Part shown: positions 8,196-17,686 of the stretch, piece by piece
Layout: each line of letters opens with the position of its first letter
Numbering within the stretch: position 1 is the stretch's first letter
Assembly: GCA_050290185.1 (NCBI GenBank)
Contig: JBNKHE010000005.1
Coordinates: 223,321 to 287,320 of the forward strand
Direction of reading: 5' to 3'
Source of the DNA: Pontiella sp.
GTDB taxonomy: Bacteria > Verrucomicrobiota > Kiritimatiellia > Kiritimatiellales > Pontiellaceae
DNA length: 64,000 bases
Position numbers and translations under genes: made by a program
The notes under the pieces: generated by a model
The model's input: the letters and a program-made list of their open reading frames with translations, nothing else
What the model was told of the DNA's origin: nothing
Database searches by the model: none

Positions 8196-8353
8196 TGCCA
8201 GCCCTCATCATTCATTCCCTGCTCGACCCGGCCGCGAACGTCCTCAAGTGCGATGATCTCTTCCGATTTCGTCGGATACTCACGGAAGAAAAGCAGTTGA
8301 AATAATGCAGATGCCTCTGTCTTGGATAACTCAATCGGAATTCTCGTTTCCAT
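8192..8353 (-). CDS. Small acidic hypothetical protein (53 aa)
   Basis: Starts from the repeated AGGAGCCGAACCGATG linker; METRIPIELSK...EGWQ. Confidence 0.65.
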   Translation of the reverse strand: METRIPIELSKTEASALFQLLFFREYPTKSEEIIALEDVRGRVEQGMNDEGWQ

Positions 8354-8365
8354 CGGTTCGGCTCC

Positions 8366-8806
8366 TTAATCCTGTGCGTAGTATTCGAGAAATACGGCGA
8401 GTTGCAGACAGAGTGCTGCGGTGTGCCGCGCTTGCTCCAGGAGTTGACCAGGCGTGTATTTTTCCGGCTCGAATTCGCTATGAAGAAACGACTGCGACAT
8501 CTTGCCGGTCTGCTCGTTGATGGCCAGGATCAGCGTTTCCGCGTTCTGCAATCCCCACTTGCACACGTTCTGGTGAGATTGGGCGCGGTGCTCCGCCTGT
8601 TCCCGATCGATAACGGCCTTTGTTTCGGCGGATAGTGCTATCAGTGCATTTGCGTCGCTCATCGGTTCGGCTCCTTTTGGTGTTGGCATTGTCGCGTCAT
8701 CGAAATCATGCCCTTCGATCATTTCAATCATCATCGGGGCTACTTGCTGGAGGCACCCGTACATTTGTTTCAGCAGGTCTTGGATCGTCGGTGTATCGGT
8801 CTTCAT
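8366..8806 (-). CDS. Two-unit fusion; C-terminal unit (internal start 8662) is MazG-like with a degenerate active site
   Basis: KWGLQ...LAINEQTGK...QARHTAAL; paralogue of 8819-9124; internal RBS-ATG linker. Confidence 0.6.
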   Translation of the reverse strand: MKTDTPTIQDLLKQMYGCLQQVAPMMIEMIEGHDFDDATMPTPKGAEPMSDANALIALSAETKAVIDREQAEHRAQSHQNVCKWGLQNAETLILAINEQTGKMSQSFLHSEFEPEKYTPGQLLEQARHTAALCLQLAVFLEYYAQD

Positions 8807-8818
8807 CGGTTCGGCTCC

Positions 8819-9124
8819 TTACTTGTCCTGGTTCTCCAGGGCGATTGCTACCTGCATACAGAGTGCGGCCGTTTGTCTGGCTTGATGTAGGATTTGGCCC
8901 TTCTTGTATTTCTCCGGCTCAAATTCTGAATGTAAAAAGGCCTGTGAAATCTTTCCGGATTGCTCAGAGATACCGAGGCAAAGTGTTTCAACTTCCTGTT
9001 CTCCCCACCTGGCAAGATTTGAGGAAACCTGATTTCCGATACGGAACATTTCGGAATCAATAATTTCGATTGCCTTGCGGAATTTCGTTTCGTTAATCGG
9101 CATATCTGGCGGTGCTCCGGTCAT
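8819..9124 (-). CDS. MazG-like protein with a degenerate active site
   Basis: RWGEQ...LGISEQSGK...QARQTAAL; shares FLHSEFEPEKY with its neighbour. Confidence 0.6.
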   Translation of the reverse strand: MTGAPPDMPINETKFRKAIEIIDSEMFRIGNQVSSNLARWGEQEVETLCLGISEQSGKISQAFLHSEFEPEKYKKGQILHQARQTAALCMQVAIALENQDK

Positions 9125-9135
9125 TGGTTCGGCTC

Positions 9136-9264
9136 CTATTCTGATTCTTCTTCGTCTGCCCCGTAGGTGGGCGGAGTGGTTGCGGCTTCGATGGCTTGTT
9201 GTAGCTGCATGAAAAATTCGATCATGCTTTGGTTGTCGATTTCGTAGGTGACGGTAATTTTCAT
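9136..9264 (-). CDS. Small acidic protein, first gene of the early operon (42 aa)
   Basis: Starts from the linker variant GGAGCCGGACCGATG. Confidence 0.6.
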   Translation of the reverse strand: MKITVTYEIDNQSMIEFFMQLQQAIEAATTPPTYGADEEESE

Positions 9265-9290
9265 CGGTCCGGCTCCATTTGGTTGCGTTA

Positions 9291-9634
9291 CGGTTACGTG
9301 ACCAAGCAAAACAAAAAGCCGCAATAGTATTTTTTACTACTATTACGACTGAATGTGCTTAGGTTCTTTTTCTTCGCGAATCAAAACGGCAGCCGCCCAG
9401 GATGAGAACGATGGGAAACCACATTGCTTTGCACGTGCTTCCAATTTCTCGTAATCACCCTTCGTGACCAGAACCTGAGCGTATTTCTTATCATCAGAAA
9501 TGCTCATGCCCCGTTTTTTGACATTAGCGGTACGTTTTGTCGATCTCATAATCCTTACCTCTCGGTTAAGTGTCGGTTACGTAACGCTAAAAACCTAAAC
9601 ACGTCAACACTTCGTTCTATGACGGTCACGTGAC
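9291..9634. promoter_or_regulatory. Three palindromic operator-like sites GTYACGTRAC, each preceded by CG
   Basis: GTTACGTGAC 9293-9302, GTTACGTAAC 9576-9585 and GTCACGTGAC 9625-9634, flanking the RHH gene. Confidence 0.65.
9343..9549 (-). CDS. Ribbon-helix-helix (CopG/Arc-like) regulator, probable prophage repressor
   Basis: AQVLVTKGDYEKLEARAKQCGFPSFSSWAAAVL strand-helix-G-helix pattern; GAGG/AAGGA RBS. Confidence 0.65.
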   Translation of the reverse strand: MRSTKRTANVKKRGMSISDDKKYAQVLVTKGDYEKLEARAKQCGFPSFSSWAAAVLIREEKEPKHIQS

Positions 9635-10058
9635 TCTCGGTATATTATGCGACGTAATGGTTGTTGACGAAATTGTTAATAAATGTGGATAACTCATTTT
9701 GAAATCACGCTCGAAACCACATGGATCGCGGATATGCCACCCCTGTTATGTCCGACAGAAAAAGTTAACTTAAACGACGTAAATGAGAGCTCTTGATCGC
9801 GCCCCGCACAAACTAGAGAGTCACGAAAAGAAAATCATTTATAGGACAAAATCAAATCCATTTAGCACCGCCGGATTTTTTCGACAAATCCGATTCGTAT
9901 AAAAACAAGCCATACGTAATCGATCATCAGGACGCAAGGACTCGCCGGACAGATTCACCCATCTGGAGGGCTTTCCCTGAAGGCTTGCGTTTTTTTGATT
10001 CTCAGGGAGTTATTTTTACTCCCAAGAAAATCCTTAAGACAAAACGGTCACAAACCGA

Positions 10059-11786
10059 TCAGATTCGCTCTCTGGTCTCGATACCCAGCAACGACAACCC
10101 TTGTTTAAGAATTTTAGCTGTGACCGAACAAAGGCGGATCCGACTTTCGCGAACTCCTTCCTCTGCCTTGAGAAATGGTACGTTCTGATAGAAGCTACTG
10201 TAAAGCTGTGCCAGATCATAAAGATAGTCCGCTAGAATGTTGGGACGATAGTTTTCTGCAGCTCCATTAACCGCAGCAGAAAACCTGGACAGCTTAATTG
10301 CAAGCCTGCGCTCTATGTCGTGTTCAATATTGACTGAACATTCACCAAGATCGGTCCCCGGAAATTTTGCATGGTATTTGTCATACACCGAAGATATTCG
10401 AGCGTATGCATACTGTAGATACGGAGCGGAATTACCTTCCATATTCAGCGCTTTCTCCCAGGTAAATGTTACCAGGCTCTGCGGGTTCTGGCTGAGGTCT
10501 GTATATTTTATAGCGCCGATACCAATGGCCTTGGCAAGGTCCTTCTGCTGCTCTTCAGACATTTCCGGGCTGCTGGATTTTACCATTTCCAGAGCCCTGG
10601 CTTCGGCTTCATCAAGCAATGCAGCCAACTTGATTACATTCCCTTCGCGGGTGGAAAAGGTTGCTTCCGGTAAGCGCATCAACCCAAACCAGACATGCAC
10701 CAGATTGGCATCCATCCCGAGCTTTTTTGAGATGGTGAAAAACTGTTTAAAGTGAAGCTGCTGGCGCTCATCGGTGACATAGACGATACGTTCGGGACTA
10801 AATTCCTCGATACGCGACTCGACCGTTGCCAGATCGGTAGTGGCATAATTGTAGCCTCCATCGCTCTTTCGCACGATGCAGACGGGCATTCCATCCTCTT
10901 CGAGATCGACGATTAAAGCGCCCTCGCTTTCTTCAGCCAGCCCCCTCTCCTCAAGCGCCTCGATCATTTTCGGGAGACGATCATTATAGAAGCTTTCGCC
11001 GCGATAGAGATCGAACTTAACGTCGAGCCGATCATAGATCGTATCAAACTCTTCTATGGAAAGCTGGATGAATTTTTCCCAGAGCGCCCGGTTTTCCGCA
11101 TCGCCCTGCTGCAGTTTAACGAGCTCGGCCTTGGCCTTATCCCGCCATGAATCATCTTCCTTCGACTTGTTATAGCTCTGCACATAGATGCGTTCCAGCT
11201 CCTCAACCGGAGCGGCTTTCAAGGCATCCTCATCCACAAAACTACGGAAGCCGACCAGCATCAACCCAAACTGGGTACCCCAGTCACCGAGATGGTTGTC
11301 GGCAATCACATTGTATCCACGGAAACGGAAAAGCCGATCAATGGCATTCCCGATTACCGTCGAACGAATGTGTCCAATATGCATCGGCTTGGCGACATTC
11401 GGGCTGGAATAGTCGACAATAACCGTCTTCCCCTCCCCGACCTGTTCCACGCCGAAGTGAGGATCGGATTCAAGGGACTGAATATATTCAGACAGGGCTG
11501 CATTACTGATGAAAAAATTGATAAAGCCCGGCCCGGCAATTTCGATCTTCTCGATAAAATCCGGCAACTCGGCTGCATCGACGAATTCCTGCGCGATCTG
11601 CCGGGGGGCTTTCTTTAACGTGCGGGCCAGCTCCATGGCGGCATTGCACTGGTAGTCCCCAAACTTTTCGTTATTAGTTGGTGAAACGCCCAGATGGACC
11701 TCTGTATCCGTCAAATCGAAAACCGATACCATGGCACCGGTGGTCCAGGCTGAAAGACGTTCTTCAAATGTGGCAAACTCACGCAT
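10059..11786 (-). CDS. argS: Arginine--tRNA ligase
   Basis: DYSSPNVAKPMHIGH (HIGH), GDWGTQFG and YLQYAYAR. Confidence 0.97.
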   Translation of the reverse strand: MREFATFEERLSAWTTGAMVSVFDLTDTEVHLGVSPTNNEKFGDYQCNAAMELARTLKKAPRQIAQEFVDAAELPDFIEKIEIAGPGFINFFISNAALSEYIQSLESDPHFGVEQVGEGKTVIVDYSSPNVAKPMHIGHIRSTVIGNAIDRLFRFRGYNVIADNHLGDWGTQFGLMLVGFRSFVDEDALKAAPVEELERIYVQSYNKSKEDDSWRDKAKAELVKLQQGDAENRALWEKFIQLSIEEFDTIYDRLDVKFDLYRGESFYNDRLPKMIEALEERGLAEESEGALIVDLEEDGMPVCIVRKSDGGYNYATTDLATVESRIEEFSPERIVYVTDERQQLHFKQFFTISKKLGMDANLVHVWFGLMRLPEATFSTREGNVIKLAALLDEAEARALEMVKSSSPEMSEEQQKDLAKAIGIGAIKYTDLSQNPQSLVTFTWEKALNMEGNSAPYLQYAYARISSVYDKYHAKFPGTDLGECSVNIEHDIERRLAIKLSRFSAAVNGAAENYRPNILADYLYDLAQLYSSFYQNVPFLKAEEGVRESRIRLCSVTAKILKQGLSLLGIETRERI

Positions 11787-11853
11787 AGCTTATCTCTCCG
11801 TTCGGCATGCCCACGGCGGGCCGTAAAAAGGGCGAAGGTTATTTTCACCCCCT

Positions 11854-11897
11854 AAAAAAATCAACCCCCGAATTCCATGGCATGGAAACCGGGGGCG
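11854..11897 (-). terminator. Probable terminator after clpC
   Basis: CCCCCGG...CGGGGG stem followed by a T-run on the minus strand. Confidence 0.5.
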
Positions 11898-11922
11898 ACT
11901 GACTGAAGGTGGTGATCAGGAA

Positions 11923-14433
11923 TCAATCGTCCGTTGCCTTTTCTTTAACGACCACGGGTACGCCTTTAAAGATCAGTCCATCCTTTGCTTTATTGGTATC
12001 GACCTTCACCACCGAGTTATTGTGAATATTGCCGCGCAGGATATCCTCCGCCAGCGGATCTTCCAGGAAACGTTCCACGGTGCGTCGCAACTGACGAGCC
12101 CCATACGCCTTGTCGTATCCCTTTTCCAGCAACAGCTCGCGTGCGGACTTCAAAACCTTGAGTTCGATATTGCGCCCCAATACACGGTTCTGGATGTTGG
12201 CGAGCTCGAGATCGATGATGGTTTCGAGATCCTTCCTAGAGAGCTCGCGGAACACAATCATGTCGTCCAGCCGGTTCAGCAGCTCAGGCTTAAAGGTTTT
12301 CTTCGCCGTCTGCATCATCATGTCTTTCAGCTTCTGGTAGTCGACCTCCTCGTTGGATGGGGAGAATCCGAGAGCACCGGCTTTCTTAACTTCCTGTGCG
12401 CCAAGGTTGGAAGTCATGATGACCACTGTGTTCCGGAAATCCACACTGCGACCAAGGCTATCGGTCAACCGTCCTTCTTCCATGATTTGCAACAACATGT
12501 GCATCACATCCGGATGGGCCTTTTCCACCTCGTCGAACAGAACCACTGAATAAGGGCGTCGTCGTACGCGTTCGGTCAACTGCCCGCCTTCTTCATGGCC
12601 GACATATCCCGGAGGGGATCCGACCAGACGGGACGCATTAAACTTTTCCATGTATTCCGACATGTCGATCTGGATGAACGACTCGGGATCGTCGAACATG
12701 AATTCGGCCAGCGTTTTTGCCAGCAGGGTTTTTCCAACGCCGGTAGGACCAAGAAAAATAAAGGAGCCAATGGGGCGTTTCGGATCCTTGAGATCGGCCC
12801 GTGAACGACGTAAAGCGCGTGCGATGGCAGCAACAGCCTCAGCTTGTCCGACCACCTGCTGACCAACCACTTCTTCGATCCTAAGGAGGCGCGCCATTTC
12901 CTTTTCGCCCATCTTCATAACCGGGATACCCGTCCACTTGGAAACCACGACCATGATGTCTTCATCCGTGACCACCGTGCGATTTTCATCCCGTTCCTTG
13001 CGCCATGCGTCCAGCAGGTTGTCCAGCTTTTCCTTGGCCTGACGCTCCTGATCGCGGAAGTTGGCCGCATCTTCAAACTTTTGCTGGTGAATCGCGTCGT
13101 TTTTCTTTTTTTCGAACTCGTGGATATCCTCTTCCAGCTTTTTGAGCTCAGGCGGCCGACTCATACTGCCGATACGAGCGCGGGCTCCGGCTTCGTCAAT
13201 AAGGTCAATGGCCTTGTCGGGAAGAAAACGATCAGGCAGATAGCGCGCCGAGCACTCGACGGAAGCCTTCAGCGCTGCATCGGTAAACTGTGCATGATGA
13301 TGCTCCTCGTATTTCGCACGAAGGCCGCGCATGATTTCGACCGCATCCTCGACCGATGGCTCTTTCACGTTGACAGTCTGGAAGCGACGCTCCAGCGCAG
13401 CATCTTTCTCAATGTATTTTCGGTATTCCTTAAGGGTAGTTGCCCCGATACACTGCAACTCCCCGCGCGACAGCGCAGGTTTGATGATGTTGGCGGCATC
13501 CATGGTACCTTCGGCCGAGCCGGCGCCAACGATCGTGTGGAGCTCGTCCAGGAACAGAATGATGTTCTTTTCCTTCCGGATTTCGTCCATGACCGCCTTA
13601 ATGCGTTCCTCGAACTGACCGCGGTATTTCGTACCGGCTACCATCAATGCCAGGTCGAGCGTAATGACCTTTTTGTCGATCAGCAGATCCGGCACGTTTC
13701 CTTCGACGACCGCTTGTGCGAGCCCCTCCACAATCGCGGTTTTTCCCACACCTGCCTCACCAAGCAGCACAGGATTGTTCTTGGTCCGGCGGCAGAGGAT
13801 CTGAATCACGCGTTCGATCTCATCTTTTCGACCAATCACCGGATCCAGCACGCCATCTTTGGCCAGCTTATTCAGGTCGCGTCCAAACGTGTTGAGAGCC
13901 GGCGTTTTGGAGGTCCCTTTTCCGCGTTGCTGCGGCCCAAGCGAGGGCGCATCGCGATCATCCTCGCCGTCAAAGTCTCCTTCGGCGGAAGGATCATAAT
14001 CCGGATCGAGCGTTTTCATGATCTCGTATCGGGTTTCGTCGAGATCGACCCCGAGGTTTTCCAGCACGCGGGCGGCGATCCCCTCCCCTTCCCTCAGCAA
14101 GCCAAGAAGAATATGTTCGGTGCCGACATAGCTGTGGCCAAGCCCCCGCGCCTCGCTGGCGGATAGTGCGAGCACCTTTTTGGCTCGCGGCGTGAAAGGA
14201 ATGTTTCCAATGGTCTTGGTCTCAGGACCCGTGCCCACCGCCTTTTCCACCTCCAAACGAACGGTGGCGAGATCGATACCCAGGGCCTGGAGCGCATTGA
14301 CCGCCACGCCATGCCCCAGCGCAATCAATCCCAGCAGGATATGCTCCGTACCAACATAGCCGTGATTGAACCGATCCGCTTCCTTTCGGGCCAGCTGAAG
14401 AACCTGCTGAGCTCTTGGTGTAAAATTATCCAT
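11923..14433 (-). CDS. clpC: ATP-dependent Clp protease ATP-binding subunit ClpC
   Basis: Two Clp-N repeats, two AAA domains ([16 protein letters not shown]), UVR middle domain and LGF loop. Confidence 0.95.
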   Translation of the reverse strand: MDNFTPRAQQVLQLARKEADRFNHGYVGTEHILLGLIALGHGVAVNALQALGIDLATVRLEVEKAVGTGPETKTIGNIPFTPRAKKVLALSASEARGLGHSYVGTEHILLGLLREGEGIAARVLENLGVDLDETRYEIMKTLDPDYDPSAEGDFDGEDDRDAPSLGPQQRGKGTSKTPALNTFGRDLNKLAKDGVLDPVIGRKDEIERVIQILCRRTKNNPVLLGEAGVGKTAIVEGLAQAVVEGNVPDLLIDKKVITLDLALMVAGTKYRGQFEERIKAVMDEIRKEKNIILFLDELHTIVGAGSAEGTMDAANIIKPALSRGELQCIGATTLKEYRKYIEKDAALERRFQTVNVKEPSVEDAVEIMRGLRAKYEEHHHAQFTDAALKASVECSARYLPDRFLPDKAIDLIDEAGARARIGSMSRPPELKKLEEDIHEFEKKKNDAIHQQKFEDAANFRDQERQAKEKLDNLLDAWRKERDENRTVVTDEDIMVVVSKWTGIPVMKMGEKEMARLLRIEEVVGQQVVGQAEAVAAIARALRRSRADLKDPKRPIGSFIFLGPTGVGKTLLAKTLAEFMFDDPESFIQIDMSEYMEKFNASRLVGSPPGYVGHEEGGQLTERVRRRPYSVVLFDEVEKAHPDVMHMLLQIMEEGRLTDSLGRSVDFRNTVVIMTSNLGAQEVKKAGALGFSPSNEEVDYQKLKDMMMQTAKKTFKPELLNRLDDMIVFRELSRKDLETIIDLELANIQNRVLGRNIELKVLKSARELLLEKGYDKAYGARQLRRTVERFLEDPLAEDILRGNIHNNSVVKVDTNKAKDGLIFKGVPVVVKEKATDD

Positions 14434-14445
14434 AAAAAAATTCCC

Positions 14446-15510
14446 TTATTCATTACTGTCGTCATGGGTAGCATTTTCCATGAACTCGCGCAACATTTCG
14501 GCGCGAACAACATCACGCGCGTCCGCATCCAGATCCTTGCTTTCCAATTTCTGAAGATGGGCCGGCTGGATTGAGATGAGCAGGGTGTCGAGCTGGCGCG
14601 GGGAAAATTGATCCAGGATGCCAAGATCAACCCCGAGGCGCAGGGTTGAGAGCAGGTTCAAGGCCTCCCCGCTGGTGATCAACCGGGCATTGGACAGGAT
14701 TCCGAATGCGCGCGAAACATGGTCTTCAACCAGCAGTGACTTCTCACTCATCAGCCGTATACGGGCGTTGCTTTCGTGCTCAATGAGCTCCATCACGATT
14801 TGCTCGAGATGTGCGATGATTTCGGATTCCTTGCGGCCGAGGGTAAACTGGTTCGAGATCTGGAACATGTTTCCGGCGGCTTCGGTGCCTTCGCCCCACA
14901 TGCCCCGAACCGCCAGACCGATTTTTGAAATCCCGTTGATGACCGGATCCATTTCGTCCATCAGTACCAGCCCCGGAAGATGCAGCATGACAGACGCACG
15001 CAAGCCGGTTCCAACATTGGACGGGCAGGAGGTAAGATAGCCCAGTTTCGAAGAAAAGGCGTAAGACAGCTTGGCTTCCAGCATGTCATCAATTTCGTCG
15101 GCCATATGCCATGCCTGTTGCAGGTTAAGGCCTGACTGAAGCGACTGGATACGGATATGATCCTCTTCGTTCACCATGACCGAAAGGCATTCATCCGGCG
15201 TCACGAAAACGCCGCAGCTGTCGTCCTGCCTAGCCAGTTCCTGACTGATGAGATGACGCTCAAACAGGATCTCCTTGTCCAGCATTGGAATATCGGACAT
15301 CCCCCACGACATAAACGAAATATCCAGGGATTGAAAGATCGAGGAAATCTCTTTCCAGACCTCACGGTTCTCTTCCTCACTCGCCCAGCCGGGGAAGCAA
15401 TGATCCTCCAAATTACGGGCCAGCCGTATTCTGCTGCTAACCACCGGACCTTCGGAAACCCCGGCTTCCAGCCAGCTGCCGTGGCGTCTGACCATATCGT
15501 CAAGCGTCAT
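14446..15510 (-). CDS. mcsB: Protein arginine kinase
   Basis: SSRIRLARN, NEEDH and CPSNVGTGLRAS; between mcsA and clpC. Confidence 0.95.
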   Translation of the reverse strand: MTLDDMVRRHGSWLEAGVSEGPVVSSRIRLARNLEDHCFPGWASEEENREVWKEISSIFQSLDISFMSWGMSDIPMLDKEILFERHLISQELARQDDSCGVFVTPDECLSVMVNEEDHIRIQSLQSGLNLQQAWHMADEIDDMLEAKLSYAFSSKLGYLTSCPSNVGTGLRASVMLHLPGLVLMDEMDPVINGISKIGLAVRGMWGEGTEAAGNMFQISNQFTLGRKESEIIAHLEQIVMELIEHESNARIRLMSEKSLLVEDHVSRAFGILSNARLITSGEALNLLSTLRLGVDLGILDQFSPRQLDTLLISIQPAHLQKLESKDLDADARDVVRAEMLREFMENATHDDSNE

Positions 15511-16033
15511 GGGATTCTCCATCATTCGAAAGCTTGCTTTCATCCTTCAGTGCGCGGATTTTATCGCGAAGATTGGCGGCAACCTCGTACTCTTCTTTGG
15601 CGATAGCGGTTTCAATATCTTTTTGCAAGGAAGCGATCTGCGCCGTTATCCGCGCTTCGACGCCCTGGCGGGCAGGAATCTTCCCGACATGCTGCCTGCT
15701 ATGGTGCATCGCCTGCATCAGGGCACTCAATTCGCCCATGAATGCATTATAGCACTCCGGACATCCAAGACGCGCATTGCTCTTGAATTCAGCCCGGGTC
15801 ATCTGGCATCGGCTACAGCTCAAGTCGAGCTCGGACATCATGGATTGCCCTTTTTTCATATTGGCCTGCGATCCTAGTCCGAGCAATACGTCGGTAATCG
15901 ATATGGGCGAATTGAGATCGATACCATTCTCAAGCGCACAAGCCTGACAAAGGTTAAGTTTCTTAACCGCACCTTCGATGACCTGTGTCAGATGGATCGT
16001 CGCCTCCGCTTCATGACAACATTCACATTTCAT
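15500..16033 (-). CDS. mcsA: McsA, UvrB/UvrC-motif Zn-finger activator
   Basis: Four CxxC motifs, LGCPECY and C-terminal EEYEVAANLRD. Confidence 0.92.
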   Translation of the reverse strand: MKCECCHEAEATIHLTQVIEGAVKKLNLCQACALENGIDLNSPISITDVLLGLGSQANMKKGQSMMSELDLSCSRCQMTRAEFKSNARLGCPECYNAFMGELSALMQAMHHSRQHVGKIPARQGVEARITAQIASLQKDIETAIAKEEYEVAANLRDKIRALKDESKLSNDGESHDA

Positions 16034-16128
16034 GGGAGCACCCGTTTTCCTTTTCAGACCACTGAAAAGATAATTGGTTCGGATATTGTCACGCAATCTT
16101 TTTAGCGCGGTGAGTGGTGGTGCAACGC

Positions 16129-16998
16129 TTATTGAATAGGCGTTCCTTCGGAATTGGCGCAAGCGACATAAAGCTTCGAAAGCGCGTCCGTAGTTTTTCC
16201 GGGCTTCCCATCGCCGATAATCCGTTTGTCTATGTCGACCACCGATATGATTTCAGCGGCGGTTCCGGTAAGAAACACTTCGTCCGCCACATATAGATCA
16301 TAGCGGGCCATCGGTTCTTCACGCACTTCATACCCCGCCTCGCGCGCAAGCTGGATCACCTTGTTGCGGGTAAGTCCCTCCAGGGCCCCGCAGGTACTCG
16401 GCGGCGTTTTGATGATGCCGTTTTTTATGGCAAAGACATTGTCGCCCGATGCTTCCGCAACCTCGCCCTTGTGATTTAGCATGAGACACTCCATGCAACC
16501 GGCATTGATGGCTTCGATCTTGGCCAGAACGTTGTTCAGATAGTTCAGACTCTTAATACGCGGATTGATGGCTTCAGGATGATTGCGGATGGTGCCCACG
16601 GTGACAATCTTCAGACCGTTGTCGTAGAGCTCCTGCGGATAGAGTTGGATTTTGGCTGCAATTACAATGACCTCTGCCTTCTCACACAGATAAGGATTGA
16701 GCCCCAGCGTGCCCGTGCCTCTCGTCACGACCAGGCGAATGTAGCCATCCTTGATTTCATTGGCCTTGCATGTGTCCACGACAGCCTTTGACATCTCGGC
16801 CTTGCTCATCGGAATATCAAGAGCTATCGCCTGGGCCGAGTCGTACAGGCGGTCAATGTGTTCATCCAACAGAAAAACACGCCCGTTGTACGCACGAATA
16901 CCTTCAAAAACACCGTCTCCGTAGAGTAAGCCATGGTCAAAAACCGAAACCACGGCGTCTTTTTCATCTACCAGCTTTCCACTTATAAAAATCTTCAT
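16129..16998 (-). CDS. ilvE: Branched-chain amino acid aminotransferase
   Basis: DHGLLYGDGVFEG, KSLNY and EVFLTGTAAE. Confidence 0.93.
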   Translation of the reverse strand: MKIFISGKLVDEKDAVVSVFDHGLLYGDGVFEGIRAYNGRVFLLDEHIDRLYDSAQAIALDIPMSKAEMSKAVVDTCKANEIKDGYIRLVVTRGTGTLGLNPYLCEKAEVIVIAAKIQLYPQELYDNGLKIVTVGTIRNHPEAINPRIKSLNYLNNVLAKIEAINAGCMECLMLNHKGEVAEASGDNVFAIKNGIIKTPPSTCGALEGLTRNKVIQLAREAGYEVREEPMARYDLYVADEVFLTGTAAEIISVVDIDKRIIGDGKPGKTTDALSKLYVACANSEGTPIQ

Positions 16999-17685
16999 TT
17001 AAAACGATCCTTGATTCACTAAACTTCCATCTTTCAGGTAAAGATCGCGCGAGCAACGCGCAGCGACTTCCCCGCTATGGGTAACGAGCACGAGAGTATG
17101 CCGTCTCGCTCCGACCAGTTGAAACAAATAATGCAAAACTTTATCGCCCGTTTTCGAGTCCAGATTTCCCGTGGGCTCGTCGGCAAAAATGATGTCCGGA
17201 TCATTCATGAGTGCACGGGCAATAGCCACCCGCTGCTGCTCACCGCCCGACAATTCCTGGGGCCGGTGGCCGATGCGATCGCCCAGCCCAACCTCCCCGA
17301 GAAGCTCCTTTGCGCGCGCCCGGGCCGTATTCTTGCCGACCCGCTTTGCCATGGCCGGCAAAGCGACATTTTCCACGATATCGAGCTCGGGAAGCAGATG
17401 GAACGACTGAAAAACAAACCCGACGTTTTCCGCGCGGAAACGGGCCCGGCGAATCGGCGACATGCGGTAAACATCCTGTCCTTTGAAATGAACCTTCCCC
17501 GCCTTCGGGTTGTCCAGCCCTCCAAGCACATGCAATAGCGTGCTCTTCCCCGATCCGCTTTCGCCCATGATGGAAACCGTCTCGCCTTCGAAGATTTCCA
17601 GCGAGACCCCTTTCAGCACATCCAGGGTCGTTTTTCCAATCGTATAGGAGCGAGAGATGTCTTTGGTTTTAAGAATGGTTTCCAT
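16999..17685 (-). CDS. ABC transporter ATP-binding protein, LolD-like
   Basis: [17 protein letters not shown] and ADEPTGNLD. Confidence 0.9.
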   Translation of the reverse strand: METILKTKDISRSYTIGKTTLDVLKGVSLEIFEGETVSIMGESGSGKSTLLHVLGGLDNPKAGKVHFKGQDVYRMSPIRRARFRAENVGFVFQSFHLLPELDIVENVALPAMAKRVGKNTARARAKELLGEVGLGDRIGHRPQELSGGEQQRVAIARALMNDPDIIFADEPTGNLDSKTGDKVLHYLFQLVGARRHTLVLVTHSGEVAARCSRDLYLKDGSLVNQGSF

Positions 17686-17686
17686 A

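Larger units (their letters stand above)
8351..9276 (-). repeat. Five copies of the RBS-start linker GGAGCCG(A/G)ACC(G/A)ATG
   Basis: Plus-strand CATCGGTTCGGCTCC at 8351, 8660 and 8804; variants at 9122 and 9262. Confidence 0.9.
1..9660 (-). mobile_element. Right arm of a putative integrated tailless (PM2/corticovirus-like, double jelly-roll) prophage with rolling-circle replication; left part lies outside the window
   Basis: Co-oriented, translationally coupled small ORFs; Rep_trans initiator, SSB, DNA methylases, FtsK/HerA-type packaging ATPase, small membrane proteins and a PM2 P2-like N-terminus; abuts the 3' side of argS. Right boundary approximate. Confidence 0.8.

Noticed and set aside
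9684..9692. Perfect DnaA box (TGTGGATAA) suggesting oriC
   Set aside because: Only one consensus box with weak neighbours; no dnaA/dnaN/gidA context.
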